NCBI GenBank assembly: GCA_013239625.1
Contig: MU053136.1
Coordinates: 638,017 to 702,016, forward strand
Direction: 5' to 3'
Length of the DNA: 64,000 nucleotides
Source of the DNA: Lama guanicoe
Lineage: Eukaryota
A model generated the notes under the pieces. The model saw only the letters and a list, made by a program, of their open reading frames with translations, was not told the DNA's origin and did not search any database. Shown in pieces: positions 11,601-25,235 of the stretch (the first letter of the stretch is position 1; every line of letters begins with the position of its first letter). Made by a program: the position numbers and the translations under genes.

Positions 11601-14600
11601 AACATTGTTGGGAGGGTTAAATGAGACAGACAGCATATTGTCTGGCTTAATAAACACTTAATAGTGGCTTTTATTATTACTTATCCTGGGTTAGTGACTA
11701 TTTAATATTTAAATAATTATATTTGTCAGATATAAGACTGCCTTATTTCTTCTCTCATCTCAGTTTTCTTCTTTGTTTCTTAGTCACTGACACTTTAACC
11801 CTAGCTTTAAGAAAGTGGTCGGTTTAATTCTTTTTATGAAATGAATTATAGTTATTAGCTTATTTTGTTATTATACTTAATTCTTATCTCCTTTTTTTAC
11901 ATAAAGCCGGAATTGATTTAAAAGTGGTCATGCTTCAGGAATCCAAAGTTTATTATATGAATACCAGTCAACAATCCTGTTATAAAAATGTGCTTATCCC
12001 GAAGTGGCATGACATATGGACACGGATACAGGTAATAATTGGAGGCCCCTGGCAGGGGCAGTTTCTGTAAATATCTGTCTGTCTGTGATTAGTGAGTACT
12101 TGGACTTATTTCCCTTCTCACACACAATTTAAAAAATATGTATATAAAATTAACAACCTTGCTAAGGTTGAGGTTATCCTTGATCTAATCAGTGTTGTCA
12201 TCAGTAAGCGTTTATGCCTCCCTTGTGTTCCCCTCTCTCTGTTCCTTTAAATAGCCCCCAGTACTTGACCCTGAGGTAAGCTTCCTTCCTCCTTTTCTTT
12301 TCCCAAAGAAACTCCTTCTTTCTCTTCCCCTCTCTCCTTTCACACACACTCACACACCTCTCTCCCTTTCTGAAGGCCTTGTACCTTCTTGGGCTGGAAG
12401 CTTTGTGTGCCTGTTAGGGTGTAAACTCCTGCCTTGCTGCTCCTAATCTGTTTTGATTCTGCACAAGATGTTGCGTTAAACCCCCCGAGCTGAAGTTTCC
12501 CCTCAGTAGAATGACTTTGGTCTCATTTGTGTCATAACTCTGTTGAGCCACCTGGCAAGCAAGAGTGTCTGGCTATGCTGATTGAACAGATGAGTCCTTT
12601 GAAAATGTTTCTGCTCCTGTAAGCATAGTTACTGATAAGGGCATTTCTTCACATCAAAAACATAAGGGTGAGCTTGTGGGGTTTTTTTTCCCCCCAATTC
12701 TCTCTTTTCATTGTCTGATAGAAAGATCATATACCATCTGGGGCACATTATAACCAACATTTATCCATAATCAGTGATTTGTGACAGAGGGTTGAGCTTT
12801 TCAGCCTGTCATTATGGGAAATAATTTTGGAGCTGTTATGCCTGGCAACTTTCTTAATATTTTAGATCCTTGCTTTGTATGATCTCATAAATAGATGCAT
12901 TAGTAACTTTTTCAGCATGGAAGTTTTTTTTTCTTCCCTATGTTCTGGTCTAATAGTAGATTCCGATCATGCTCACAATAAGGCATTCTAACAGCTGCTT
13001 CTCTGTACCACGTGCAGTGTTATTTGCCCAATTATGCTTCAGCCGCTGCATCTATTTCTCATAAGCCTTGTGGAAAGCTGGTGCCATTATTGATTTAGCT
13101 GTTTACTCTAAAGTTTGTTTTTTTTAAATTGTATTTGTGAAAATGTAAAATTCCTACTTCCACCTTTCTCATCCTGATTTTACTTGTGTTGCAGATCCGG
13201 GTAAACAGTTCCAAACTGGTACGAGTCACCCAGGTGGAGAATGAGGAGAAACTGAAGGAGCTAGAGCAGTTTAGTATCTGGAACTTTTTTTCCTCCTTTT
13301 TAAAAGAGAAATTGAATGACACCTATGTTAATGTGGGTCTATACAGCACAAAAACCTGCCTCAAAGTTGAGATTTTAGAGGAAGACACCAAGTACAGTGT
13401 CATTGTGACCCGGAGTAAGTCTTACCCCTGTTTTTCTGATGGATTCTGTGGTGAGAAGGGACTGAGCTTTGGAGGGTATAATTAGTGAGACAGAGAAGTC
13501 AGCCCAAGACAGCTCCGTTTGGATTCTGATTATAACCTGAATATACCACTGCTCCATACAGTTCAGAGACTCCACCCCTCGTAGACCCCTTTTAGCCTGG
13601 AATTGAGACTTCACCTTAAGTCATTCTGAGTGCCTTCTTGCCTAGAACTGTGAAGACTTGCATTCCTACTAGTCCAGCGGCCCTGAGCTGATAGGCCTAG
13701 TATTCTTCAGAGTAAGATAGACGGCCTCCTGCCCTCTGCGCGCTTATAGACACAGGTAGATGTCCTGAGATGTACAGGCCTGCATTTGAAGACATGAATG
13801 GTTAAACAACAGAACTGAAGAAAGGTACAGCTTAATACCTCACAAGCAAAAGAATATTTGTAGGACTGAATAGATGTGAAGGTCATTGCCGTTTAAGGCT
13901 TATTCCGTGAAAGTGGGAGAGGTTTTCCCTTCTCTAAATGTGTCTGAGAAGGCTGCAGAGAGGAGGTGGATCGTTATGCTGTTGAACTCTCTCTGACTTT
14001 TGGTCTCTCCTTGATAAGTACCCAGGAGAGTAGTAGAAACGTCCCTGGTTTTTGCTGTGCTGTGCCCTTCTATTTGTCCTGGGGTTCCACAGCTTTTTGG
14101 TGGAATCGGATCAGCCTGTTTTTTGGCGTTCCTTTTGTATTTGCTGATGCCTCTTGCTCCTGTTCTGTTTGTGGACCTCCCCTAGACTCAGAGCTCTTGA
14201 ATGTGAAAGCTGTGGGAGTGTCTGACATGCCAGGAAGGGGCGTCTGCTTGGGCCCCCTGGTCTTGGGCGAGATGTGTTTGAGTGTGGGTTTTTCCAACAC
14301 AGTGCTTTGTAGTGAAGGGAAGTAGGTGGTGGTGGTGGTCAAGAAAAGCAGCCAGTCAGAGAACAGCAGAGGGCCCTGACCCAGAGTTCAAGGCAGATCT
14401 GCTGAATCCAAGCCCATGAGTGACTTAAGGCTTGAAAGCCAGAATGGTAGAGACCCCTTGTGGGCGACTGCATGAAGTGCTGGTGGCACTGTCTGGCTCC
14501 ATCCAAAGCAAAGCTTAGTTTCTTTTAGGCTTAACGTGGTAGCCAAAATAAAAATAAACTGTTCAGGAAAGTACAGGTTAGACAGAGACCTAATTGTACT

Positions 14601-17600
14601 TTCTCTTTGGGAGGGGCCCAGGCTTTGTGTGAAATTTAAAATGCTGTTTAGGTAGGCTGTTTGTGTTTATTTTGTTTGCTGACCAATGATTCAAGTATTG
14701 CCTTTCATTCTAGAATGCCTTACATTGTTTGGTTCCCCTATTAAGCGGAAGTCTTTTATTTGTTTCAGGATTTGACGCCAAACTCTTCCTCATTTTCCTC
14801 CTTGGACTTATGCTATTTTTTTGTGGAGACTTGCTAAGCAGGTAGGTTCCAAGGCTAGAGGGCAGAATGGTGAGGCTCAGACCTACCCTGCTTGACTTTT
14901 ATCATAAAGACCCAAAATGCTGCCTTTCAGGGACCTTTATGGATGGCTAGACCATTGCCTGCTTGGAAATTTTAAAAAATAGTTTAATATGTGTTATGAT
15001 TATTATTTTTTCTTATATTAATAAGATTGGCAATAATGAAATTCTTCCACTAGGTTACCCATCGTTTGATGGGATTTAGCCAATATGTCACCACCCTTTC
15101 CACTGTTAGAAATAATATGTGAAGTAAGCCCTCCTTTTTACAGGGCTGTTTGCTGAGTTTCATGCTATTCAGAGGTAAAGAAGCACATCCACGCATTTAT
15201 TTCCTGCCTTTAGGAACCTACTGGCTAGGCTAGGTGAAACAGACATGTACAAGTACAAAGAAAACAGTTAACTAAACAAACATTGAACAAAAGTGGAATC
15301 AACATTAACCTTGTACACAAGGAGAATATTTGTGGAGTAGTGAAAGAAAGGGGAAGTTCAGGTGAAGTTCAGCTGGCATGAGGTTCACAGAGGTTGTCTC
15401 TATTTTGAGGATCCTGAGAGAAGCTCACGGTGAGGGAAAGAATATCTGGTAGAAGGAGCCTGGAATAGGAATAGGAGCTCTCTGTTCCGTGCCTTGTGTT
15501 CGGTTTGTCCTTCGGTAACCAGTTCAGTTCCAGTTTCCAGTCTCCGCTTGGGCAGTACCCTTGCCCCTTCCTTCTCCCCAGGGAAGCTGTGCAGTTCCTC
15601 AGAAGAAAGATTCTTATTACAGACGGGGTGGGGAGAGAGGCTACGGGTGGGAGTGGGAGGCTAAGCAGAGGTCAGTTATTGAGATCTGTTCGAAGGACCC
15701 TCCTTGATGCTAATCCTCACAACCTGGCAGCAACTACGCTGTACTGGTCTCTCCAGTCTTCTGACCTCTCTCAGGTTTGGAGCAAATACCTGCTCTTGTC
15801 TTGTACCTTTTTTCTATCTTTTGGCTGGGATAGTTGTCCTGGTTTGAACAATGCCATTTATAAAGAATACACACGTAGCCATGAAACGAATTTTCTCTCT
15901 GCAGAAGTCAAATCTTCTACTATTCCACTGGAATGGGTGTGGGAATTGTGGCCTCCCTACTAATCATCATTTTCATTCTCTCCAAGTTTATGCCCAAGGT
16001 AAGCAGCAGAATTCGTAAATGCTGTTAGTTAGATGAGCTTGGATAGTTGAAGGACTGTTTTCTTAGATAATTTTACAGTGCTGAAAATTTGCACTGATGG
16101 ATGGTAAGTCAGTGTCTTCCTCTTTCCCTGATTCAGAGAGGTGCTTGGATGAAGTGTGGAGGCTGATGACATACAAACTCCCTTTTTATTTGAAATCCTG
16201 TGTGCAGTGGGGGAAATAAAGTCTGCTTCTTGTTTGCTAATTACGTAGATTGCATACCCAGGCATTTAAGTTACTTAGTGTTTCTTTTTCCCAGTGTTCT
16301 TTGCAAACCATACCATTTTAAATATAAAGGACATCTTTTTAAGAGATGTGTTTTGTGCATTTTTAGTGGGTTGATTTTTTTTTAAAATTATTACCATAGT
16401 TCCATTTTGCTTCTTTTATGTATGGAAAGCCTGTTGTAACTTTTTGCTTTCACTTCTACTCTATCTTAGAAAAGTCCCATTTACATCATCCTGGTGGGAG
16501 GCTGGTCCTTTTCTCTGTACCTCATTCAACTAGTTTTTAAAAATTTACAAGAGATCTGGAGGTGTTACTGGCAGTATCTCTTAAGTAAGTGTTACTGGTT
16601 TTGCTTTTCTTTATATATGTTTATAGGCTGTTTTAGTTAATTTGATCATGAAAAGATGTTGCCTGCTTGCAGGAGTTTAATAGCCTGTGCCATTTTATTA
16701 ACTTGTAAGAATCATAGTTCTTTACTTACTTCTGACCCCTCTATAGTTGTCACTTTCTCTTAGATTAAAATGATGCTGCTAGGCAGAAGACTTTAATTTG
16801 TTGATGTTTATAAGTACACCTTCTCTTTACACAATAGGCATCTTTCTGAAAAACTGTAAATTTTATAAGTATAATCATATTTTTAAATATACTTGATAAC
16901 TTTAAGAAGTAAAGGACTCTACTGTGAATCTTATCTATAAAGCAAGAATCCTTTGGTTATATAGATAGTAACCCTTAATCTGCCCTTTGAGAGGTGATTA
17001 CTTTGGAGTTTCTTGTATAAAGGTTTTTTAGACTATTTTAGAGTTGTTCAGCATGTAGCTCTACTCCATTTGGTACAACAGAAAGGACAGAAACTTAAGG
17101 AGATAAATATATCTGATTAATGAAAAAAGTGTGAATACTTGAGTAAAGATCTTACCCATTTTCCGGGTTCAATAGGTGCTATATAGTGAATTTACTACTG
17201 TTCCCTACACAGATTATTTTTACCAGTTTTAGATGCAAAAGAATGTCTTCTGATAACTCTTCTCCTAGGCTACATCCTCACAGTTGGATTCATGAGTTTT
17301 GCAGTCTGTTACAAGTATGGGCCCTTGGAGAACGAACGAAGTATCAACCTGCTAACCTGGACCTTACAGCTGATGGGCCTGTGTTTCATGTATTCTGGCA
17401 TCCAGATACCGCATATCGCCCTTGGCGTTGTCATCATTGCACTGTGTACTAAGAACCTGGAGTACCCTGTTCACTGGCTGTACATCACCTACAGGTGACT
17501 GCAAGGCAACGTAGCTCTGTACTGAAGTGTGTGATGTGGGGTGCAGTTGCAGCAGAAGGCTACAGAGGTGTTGCCCTGGGAGCCTGTTTGTTAATGGTGT

Positions 17601-19350
17601 TATGCTTCACTTTAATTTCTTTCTTGTCTTTCTTTTTAGATTCTATGTAGGCATTTTGTAGAACTTATAAATTCTAGTTATTTTACATGAAATGAAAGCA
17701 TCTAGTGAAATGTCATGTGTTCCTGTTACCACTAGGTGGTGCCGAGTGTATCACTTTTACCCCACACGCCTCAGGTCACCTGGTTTTGGATTGTTTCACA
17801 CTGGCTCTCAGATTGCTCTGGAAGTCCTGTCTTATTTTAAGATGTAATTCAAAGCATGTTATCATCTTGCATAGTGACTATGGAGTGGTCATAGGTTCTG
17901 AGGTTATCTGTGGTTGACTATTATAGATAGTCAAAGTGATGTCTTCAGTTTGGGGGGCTCAAGTTAATGGACCACAGTCTTATGCCATCATTTTCTTGTG
18001 ATTTTTCGGTTTATGGGAAGATAAATATTTTGTCTATCATTTATTGGAAAATAAGTGAATTTATTCACATTAGTGAATAACACTGACTCCTCATTTGTCA
18101 CTCATAGTCTAATGTGTCGAGTTCATTATAACTAAAAGTGTCTATAGGAGAAAGGTGGGAGCAGTGACTCTTAATGTTCAGGCTCTCTGCTGTATGCTTG
18201 GCCCGCTGAAGGTAAGATGGATGTCGATTACTGATTAATCATTCATGGTGTTATTTTGGTGAGCACAGAAAGGTGTGTAAGGCAACAGAAAAGACTGTCC
18301 CCCCTCGTCTCCTGACAGAAGAAGAGTATCGGATACAAGGAGAAGTGGAGACCCGAAAGGCTTTAGAGGAGCTTAGAGAATACTGCAACAGTCCAGACTG
18401 CTCAGCTTGGAAAACCATTTCTCGAATCCAGTCTCCAAAGAGGTACATAAACTCTTGGCCAAAAATGCCGCATGTCTGTCAGGGTGGCCATGCCCAGAGA
18501 GCCTACTTCTGGGTGATCATTTTGTACCTACGGCTCTGTTTTCTTGTTCATTGGGAGTAGTCAAGAGAAAGGTGTGTATATCATCATATGTGATGCCTTT
18601 TGGTGTTCCTCAAGGAGCTCTTTGCTGTGGCTTTGTCTGTAGCATTCAGATGGAAAGACTCCAGTACCGTATTGTTTCCTCTCTGATTCATTGCTCTTTG
18701 AGTGGTTTTTAAAAAACTTTTGGCAGCAGGGGAATGGGGTCCTTTTTATTTGGAAGCAACCGTACCAATGAGTAGGTGAAGCTTCAATTTGGAATCCTGA
18801 TGCCATAAAGTTTATAGGGCCATAAACACAGATAAACACCCCTTAATCCCCTCTTGTCGGGATTACGATGACTAAGGGAACTTTAGCACTTCCATAACTG
18901 AGAGGGGCAACTACCACCCCATGACGGGGCGTGCTTACTAAGCAGGATGGGGTTGCCGGGGACGTTGGCCTGTGACCCCAGCTTTCCTTTTCTTCTTATT
19001 TCTTGCTTTAGGCTGCTTACCTGCCGGAGTAAGAACAAAGGTATTGGCTAGACTCAATATAATTTGAGCTGAGAGCGTATCAGGGGTTTCAATTTACTCT
19101 TATTTTGAAAGAAAACAGAAAAGGCAGCGGGCAGGTTCCTAATGACTATTATCTTCTCTCTTGCAGATTTGCTGATTTTGTGGAAGGTTCTTTCCACCTC
19201 ACTCTGAATGAGGTCTCTGTCCACGAGCAGGAGTATGGCTTAGGGAGCATTATTGCCCAGGATGAACTCTATGAACAGACATCCTCTGAGGAGGAGGACG
19301 CGGATCCTCGGTACCCCATTGTCGCACAACAGAACAACTTCCTGACCTAG
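5262..19350 (+). CDS. NEMP1: Nuclear envelope integral membrane protein 1 (NEMP1/TMEM194A), 442 aa, 9 coding exons
   Basis: Exons: 5262-5379, 11907-12031, 13195-13414, 14769-14841, 15905-15998, 16470-16584, 17269-17494, 18269-18442, 19167-19350. All GT-AG; total 1329 nt = 442 aa + TAG. The translation MAGGMKVAV...[42 protein letters not shown]...[21 protein letters not shown]...[26 protein letters not shown]...[15 protein letters not shown]...QQNNFLT matches NEMP1 as I recall it. Confidence 0.97.
9095..9613 (+). mobile_element. Solo ERV1-class LTR (MER34/MER39-like) in NEMP1 intron 1
   Basis: Starts 'agggttcaggacacattaccccaaaatatggcacc...aagctgagggagtttgagaaa' and ends '...cttcttcctctgcaaca'. 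Family name from memory. Confidence 0.65.
9756..9885. mobile_element. Tigger2-derived MITE (TcMar)
   Basis: Terminal inverted repeats CAGTTGACCCTCGAA...TTCAAGGGTCAGCTG, preceded by TA. Confidence 0.75.
9886..10880 (-). mobile_element. L1 (L1MB/MC-like) 3' region, antisense to NEMP1
   Basis: Classic reverse L1 text: 'ggctgaataatatttcattgtatgg...gatggacatttg...ggaattgctgggtcat...ggccatttgtatatcttctttggagaaatgtctattt'. Confidence 0.85.
11480..11680 (+). mobile_element. MIR SINE
   Basis: 'tactagctgtgtgactttgggcaaattccttaat...cagtttccccatttgtaaaatggggat...gagggttaaatgag'. Confidence 0.75.
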
Positions 19351-22300
19351 GTGGCAGTCAGTTATTTTCACGTGGATTGGCTTGTACCTGGATGGTGCAG
19401 GTTGCATGTGTTGTGCAATTGCTTCTCAAATCTTTGTAATAGAGGGAGATAGTGCAGAAGTTCTCCCACTGAAATTCGAGGCCTGAATGTGAGTAGGCCT
19501 CCCTCTGGAAATGGCCTTGGTGGTCTCTGGGATCTCACGGAAGGAGAGTGGATAAAGTAAGTGATTGCTTTATCACTCATCCTTATTGCTTTATCCCATT
19601 GCTTCCCATTGGTTAAGCTCTCGGCCCACCTTTATGTTTCCAAAGAACCTGGATGGCCACATGGCATTCCAGCTCCTCTTTGAAAGTTGATCCAGTCATG
19701 GCATTTCAAACTCAGAAGTGAGGACTGTCACATGTGAAGTAATGCTTTCAGACTATAGGCTGCATGTTTTAGAGACAAATCTACAGATCTGAGTCTCTTC
19801 CACTTCTGCTTTTATTTCATTGACTTTAGCATAATCCTCGCTTTACCTGTTTTAAGAGGAAAGTAATTATTTATCTGTCTTGCTTTTTAAATGAATACAT
19901 TTTAAAAAATGTAACAAACTCATGTTGCAGAACTAGCAAGTGACAAGCCCCATAGGCCCCTACCTGCTTATCTACATGGATTATCCATTAAAGCTGCAGG
20001 AGCTGTCGTGTTGACCTTGGAGTTAGTTCTCACACCTATGACATTCTCAGTCCTGTTCGCTTTCAGGAACATGCCAGCAGGCCCGTCTGTAGGGGAGGTC
20101 TGTTGGCCTTTTTATTATATTTAACTTTCAGTTTCATCTTAAGAATACATTTGCGTGCTTGCCTTCTTGTTCCTCCTTGCCCCCTTTGCCCTTTCAGGAA
20201 AGGTCCAGCTCCTCACCTCTGAGTTATGGGCAGCTCAGCGCGTTTCATTTCTTACCTCCTCTTCGCCCGGCTTACAGCAGGGCTTTGTCCTGCTAGTTGG
20301 GAGGGGTGGTCTTATTGAGGGAATTTAAATGCTTTTTATAGGTTCTCCATTTTTCCTGTCAGTGGGTCACGTATCTTTGAATTGTTGGGAAATCAAGAAA
20401 CTGTCTCCTTTTCCTTTGCCTTCCTTTTTCTACCCATTCTGCCTGTTCTTTTCAGCCTTTCCTTACCACCTGGACCCCTCCCTGCCAGGAAGCCTGGCTA
20501 GTTTGCAAGCCCTGAAACGATCCGCGAAGGGTCTTGACACAGCATACAAGTTGTGGCCCTGCAGCTGCCTCAGTTTACGCTGCCAGGAGCTGGACCTCCG
20601 GATAGTCCTCGTGCCTCCCATGCTCATTCTGCCATCAGGGTCAGATGCATTTTTCCATGAACTTCTTGTACTTACTTGCAATTCCATTTCTGACCAGAGA
20701 TTCATGCTGCCTTTTATTACAGTGGCACTGGTTTCACATTCTCTTGGCGCTGGAAAGCACCCTTATAAACCAGCAGCGCCGTTTATGAGGGAGCAAACTC
20801 CCAAGTCTCTGCTGCTTGCTCGGTTCTGCCTTTGTGATCTTCACCCTCGTACGCTGGAGAAAGCTGTAGTTACTTTAGCCAGGAAGGTGGACACTGATGG
20901 CAGGGAGCATGGCATCGGACTGGCTGGCTCACTGTGATCACGGAGATGGCAGATGATTTTTAAAAAGCTGTAATGTCTCCTTCTGACCAGCCATTTAGCA
21001 GATAATTTTGAAAGGCCTTGGGCTTTGTCACTAACTTCCAAAATGTGAGCACTGAGACTCCCCTCCAGGTGGCCAGTTGATTTTTTTTTCTGCCAGTGTT
21101 TTCCACAGCTTTAAGCTGTCCTAAACAGACAACTACCTCAATTGGCAGCAAATAGATATACAGCAGAAAGTGAAAAATAAGCAGTATTTGGGCAGATGCA
21201 ATGGGTTAAAGTTGCTTTATATTGGGAAACCTTTATACCTTTTGAATTATGTTCATGGTAAAATGTTACCCCTCTACAAAGAAATGTTAAGGCCTCTGAA
21301 ATTTATTATTTTTTTGCCTCATTTATAGAAATGAAGACCTAGCATCTTTGAGCATAATTTGATTTAAAAAAATAATTCGGCTGTACAAGTGGTCTCAGGA
21401 TTTCCTGAAGACTTTGGTGCCTTTCTCCACATACCTACTTAGGGTCATTGTCGGTTGCCTCCAGGGTGACTTCCTGACTCATGTCTTTTGTCTCTCTATA
21501 TATTCTTCTTCAAATTCTTTTTCATTATCCTGACTCGTATCTGTGCTTCAGTGAGAAAGCATCGTGAAGTAGAGAAAGATTCTCCTCTTTTTCTCTTTAG
21601 TAAACTCTTTATGTGCTACAGTTTCCATCTCAAGACTAGTTTTTTCACTGTGTTTGAATTTGGGGTGAGTAGAATCACACTCAGTTTATTACTCCCTGTC
21701 TGGTAGTTGGAGAACTGGGCTGTAGGCAGTGGTGACGACAACGGGTCCCTCACCATGAGAGCCGCTCTCAGGCAGTGAAGGACGGTGCCTCTGATGTGCT
21801 GTGTCCTTGCCCTGCCTGCCTGTGTGGCTCTGCCCCAGATGCTTCCGGGCCTCTGTGTGCCCGGAGATTGCTCGACTCCATAAACCTTGTTTGGGAGCTG
21901 CTCTTGTCTCCCTCTTGGCCACTTAGTCTGCTGGCTCAGTCACTACTTGAAGCCCCCATTTAATTTTCTCTGGCAGTTACAGCTCTTGCAATTTCAGCAT
22001 AGTCTCATCTCTCAGACCGATCTCATCAAGAAGGACTGAAGGGGTAACTGTGGAGTGAGCTGGACATTGGAGCCACGTCTGCTGCCACGTCAGCGTCTTG
22101 CTCGGCAAATACCAAGCTGTAAATGGACGCTAGGGCTCAGGGTCTCATCAGCATTGGAAATCTATTGCCTCTAATCGGTCTGCCTGAGCTGTGTACAGTA
22201 TGACTCCCCTTAATGGGAGTACAAGAGCCAACCGGCCTAGAACATTTCCCCTTCACTTTCCCACTCACATTGCTTCCACAAGACCGATGGAACCAATGAC

Positions 22301-23695
22301 TGAAAATAAGGAAAGTTTTGCAACTTTAATATCTTCTAATAAGAAATTCCTATCAGCCACTTCATCCTACCAAAGCTAGTTTATTTCTCCCCCCAAATTC
22401 ATGACTTTTAGGTCTGTTACAGGATTTTGCTGCAGACAGACTTGGAGTCCCAGTGTTCCATTTTGTGCTAATGTGTCCCCTCCTAGGGCCTAGCCCTCTC
22501 TTCAGCGCAGTCCCCACTCGGCATACACGGTAGAGATTTGATGACTGAAAGGACCCAGATAGGCCAGATAGCTCCCCCAGGCCCTGATAGCCATAAAAGG
22601 CTTGGGGGTGGATTATGCAATTGCCCTCAATCTTTTTGTTGTTCCAGAAAAAAAGATGGGCTCAGATGGATGCCTGCGTAAAATGGTTCCTAGCTATGTA
22701 CTCATAACTTCTCTCTGAATTGAGAGTGAAAGTTGAAGTAGGAGGAAAGGAAATTAAATGTCCTTCTAGTATTCCTTTAGACTGAGGCCTGACATATGAG
22801 ATAATAACCTATATTGAAATGCCAAGAACTTTATCTGAACCAAGGAGAGGACAGTTTGACAGATTTATTATACCTTCATGTTACATAGGCACTGAAACCA
22901 AGTAATAAACATAAAATAGCCATTGCACAAGGCAGATGCACCTAAAACCTTTGGTTTATGTTTTGATGTAGCAGAAATTATTTTTTAGGGAAACCTATGC
23001 AATTGTGATCCAGCGGTGTCTCTTGGTAACTTAGCTTACGGATTCAGTTGCTGTTGAGTTGGATTCCACATGGTTACTACCTTGAGAAGGGAGTTTGGTG
23101 CCTTATGTGATGGGAGCCAGAGCCTGCCGGGAATAAACAAAGCGGATTTCATGCCAGTGTCAACGCACAGCTTTAGTGGGGATGGAAATGGCACAAAGCC
23201 TCCCAAATTTGGGGCTTTTGGCTCCTACACCACCCACCCATGTGTGTCATCTTCCTTTTCACACTCATAACAATAACTTGAAAATGGTGAAGTCACCTTC
23301 TCTGAAACTTTCTACAGCATGGGCAGCATTCTTATCTTGTTGACATAGTAGCTCATAATGTGAGTATCTGAACTGTTAGCCTGCGATTGCCTCAGTCTAC
23401 CATGTTTCTAGAATTGAGGGTGAAGTAGCAGGGGTAAGGAATTACTGGGTCAGTTTTAGCCTGTGGGTAATGCCTTAGTGTTATTTTAAAAGATTTATCA
23501 TTTATATTTAAAATAAGTGTCATGAATGTTTGAAAGGAACAAAATGATCAGGGATGACTTAGCCATGGGTCTCATTTTCACTCTTTTCTGTAAGAAACAA
23601 ATAAAAATGTCTTATTATATATATTTTTTCATTTTTATTGTACAAGTTTGTAAGTAATCCCAATTTTAATAAAGTTTTATAGACGATAGAGTGGT
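19351..23695 (+). other. NEMP1: NEMP1 3' UTR (about 4.3 kb, end inferred)
   Basis: Repeat-poor sequence after the stop codon. AATAAA at 22904, 23132, 23600 and 23668, the last followed by T/GT-rich sequence. Confidence 0.6.
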
Positions 23696-24557
23696 TTCTC
23701 TTAATGAACATATACACTTTTCTTGTTTGGATCTCTTGTTTTCAGGAAATCAGCAATTAGCTCCTCTGTTTCATTTTTCTAATGAGATGGTTTTGCATGC
23801 CATTTATTTTCCTTTTTCTTTTTTTTAACCACTTCTCCCCATCCTGGGTCTGTCTTGATCTCTTTCCATCCTCGGACTAGATGATTTTGCGGTAGCTTTG
23901 CAGAAGCAGTGGGCTGGACCGCTGTGCTGTCTCATAGAAAAGCAAGGTATAGTTTATTCCTGCTGTAGGGAGCTGCTCTGTACTTTAGTTCTTTTCTTTT
24001 CTTTTTTTTTTTTTTCTAATGACCTAAAGTATCTCTTTTGTTTCTCCACTGGGATGAGGGAAGACCTGTGATCCAGCTCTGAGATGCCTGCCAAGAAAAT
24101 GTAGGGTGAAAGGGAGCAGGGCTGTAGCGAGTGTTAGGGGCCATGGAATAAAAACTTCAGTTATGCCTGGGCTCAGCTTTTGCAGTAGGGAATTTGGAAC
24201 CTTTTTATGTTTTGGCTATTTTCTTTGCTCTGGGAATCTGACATAGCACTTGCATTAATTCTGTACCTGTCTCCTCGCTTCTCGGTTATTTAGACTACTT
24301 GGAAATCCATTGTCCATTTTTCAAAGACATTTGGTGAAATAGGAAGAGAACAGGATGTGGATCATATGCAAATTTATGTAGATTAACGCTCACTAATGAC
24401 ATCCTTTCTTCTCTCCCTTCTATGACCAAGCTAGGTAAATAAGAGGTATTAGATGATCACCCATGGTTGAATTAATAAAAACTTAAAGCACAATTGTCAG
24501 ATTTGCAACATCATAGAGTTTTGGTGAGGATAAAAAAAAAAGGTAAGGTGTGTAAAG

Positions 24558-24718
24558 CATTTCTTCTCAAACTTTAACATGCATGGGCATCATCTGGGGT
24601 ACTTGTTAAAATGCAGATTTCTGATTTAGGAAGTCTGGGTTGGGGCCAAGTTCTGCATTTCTCATAAGCTCCCAGGTGAGTCAGATGCTGCTGGTCTGTG
24701 GACTTCACTTTGAATAGT
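24558..24718. mobile_element. MER5A-like hAT-Charlie MITE
   Basis: 'ttctcaaacttt...cttgttaaaatgcagatt...tctgcatttctcataagctcccaggtga...gatgctgctggtc...cactttgaatag'. Confidence 0.8.
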
Positions 24719-24749
24719 ATTAAAGTTGTTGCCTGGCACATAATAAGTA

Positions 24750-24973
24750 CAGCTGACTCTTTAAACAATGCCGGGGTGGAAAGGGTTAGGGGTGCCGACC
24801 CTCCATGCAGTAGATCTGCCTGTAACTTTACAGTTGGAGCCCCCCTGCAGGTGCAGTTCTGCACCTGCAGATTCAGCCACCCCCAGGTCGTGTAGCGGCG
24901 GTATGTATTTTTTGAAACATCTGAATATAAATGGACCAGGGAGTTCAAACCCACGTTGTTCAAGGGTCAGCTG
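24750..24973. mobile_element. Tigger2-derived MITE (MER8-like)
   Basis: TIRs CAGCTGACTCTTTAAACAA...TTGTTCAAGGGTCAGCTG with internal 'gggttaggggtgccgaccc'. Confidence 0.75.
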
Positions 24974-25210
24974 GGCTTGATCAGTGTTGCTACTGATGGA
25001 CACCAGATAATTTGTGAGAGTCAGAAAGATCTTCTACCACCAAATATCTTCTCCACTGTACCTGAAAACTTCCGTGTTTTTATCGTGAAACATCTTTTTG
25101 AAAGTGAATAGAAAGTCCTGGGAGGACTAATGAGTGTATTGGACCGATGAGTGCGAGGGCAGATTGCAGCCCTCCCAACTCGCAGAAACTAGCACTAAAA
25201 GGTTTAGAAT

Positions 25211-25235
25211 TGCTGCTGCTGCTGCTGCTGCTGCT
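25211..25235. repeat. (TGC)8 / CTG-CAG trinucleotide repeat
   Basis: tgctgctgctgctgctgctgctgct read directly. Confidence 0.95.

Noticed and set aside
20329..20937. 202-aa ORF downstream of NEMP1
   Set aside because: It lies in the inferred 3' UTR and shows no recognisable domain or exon structure; probably a chance ORF.
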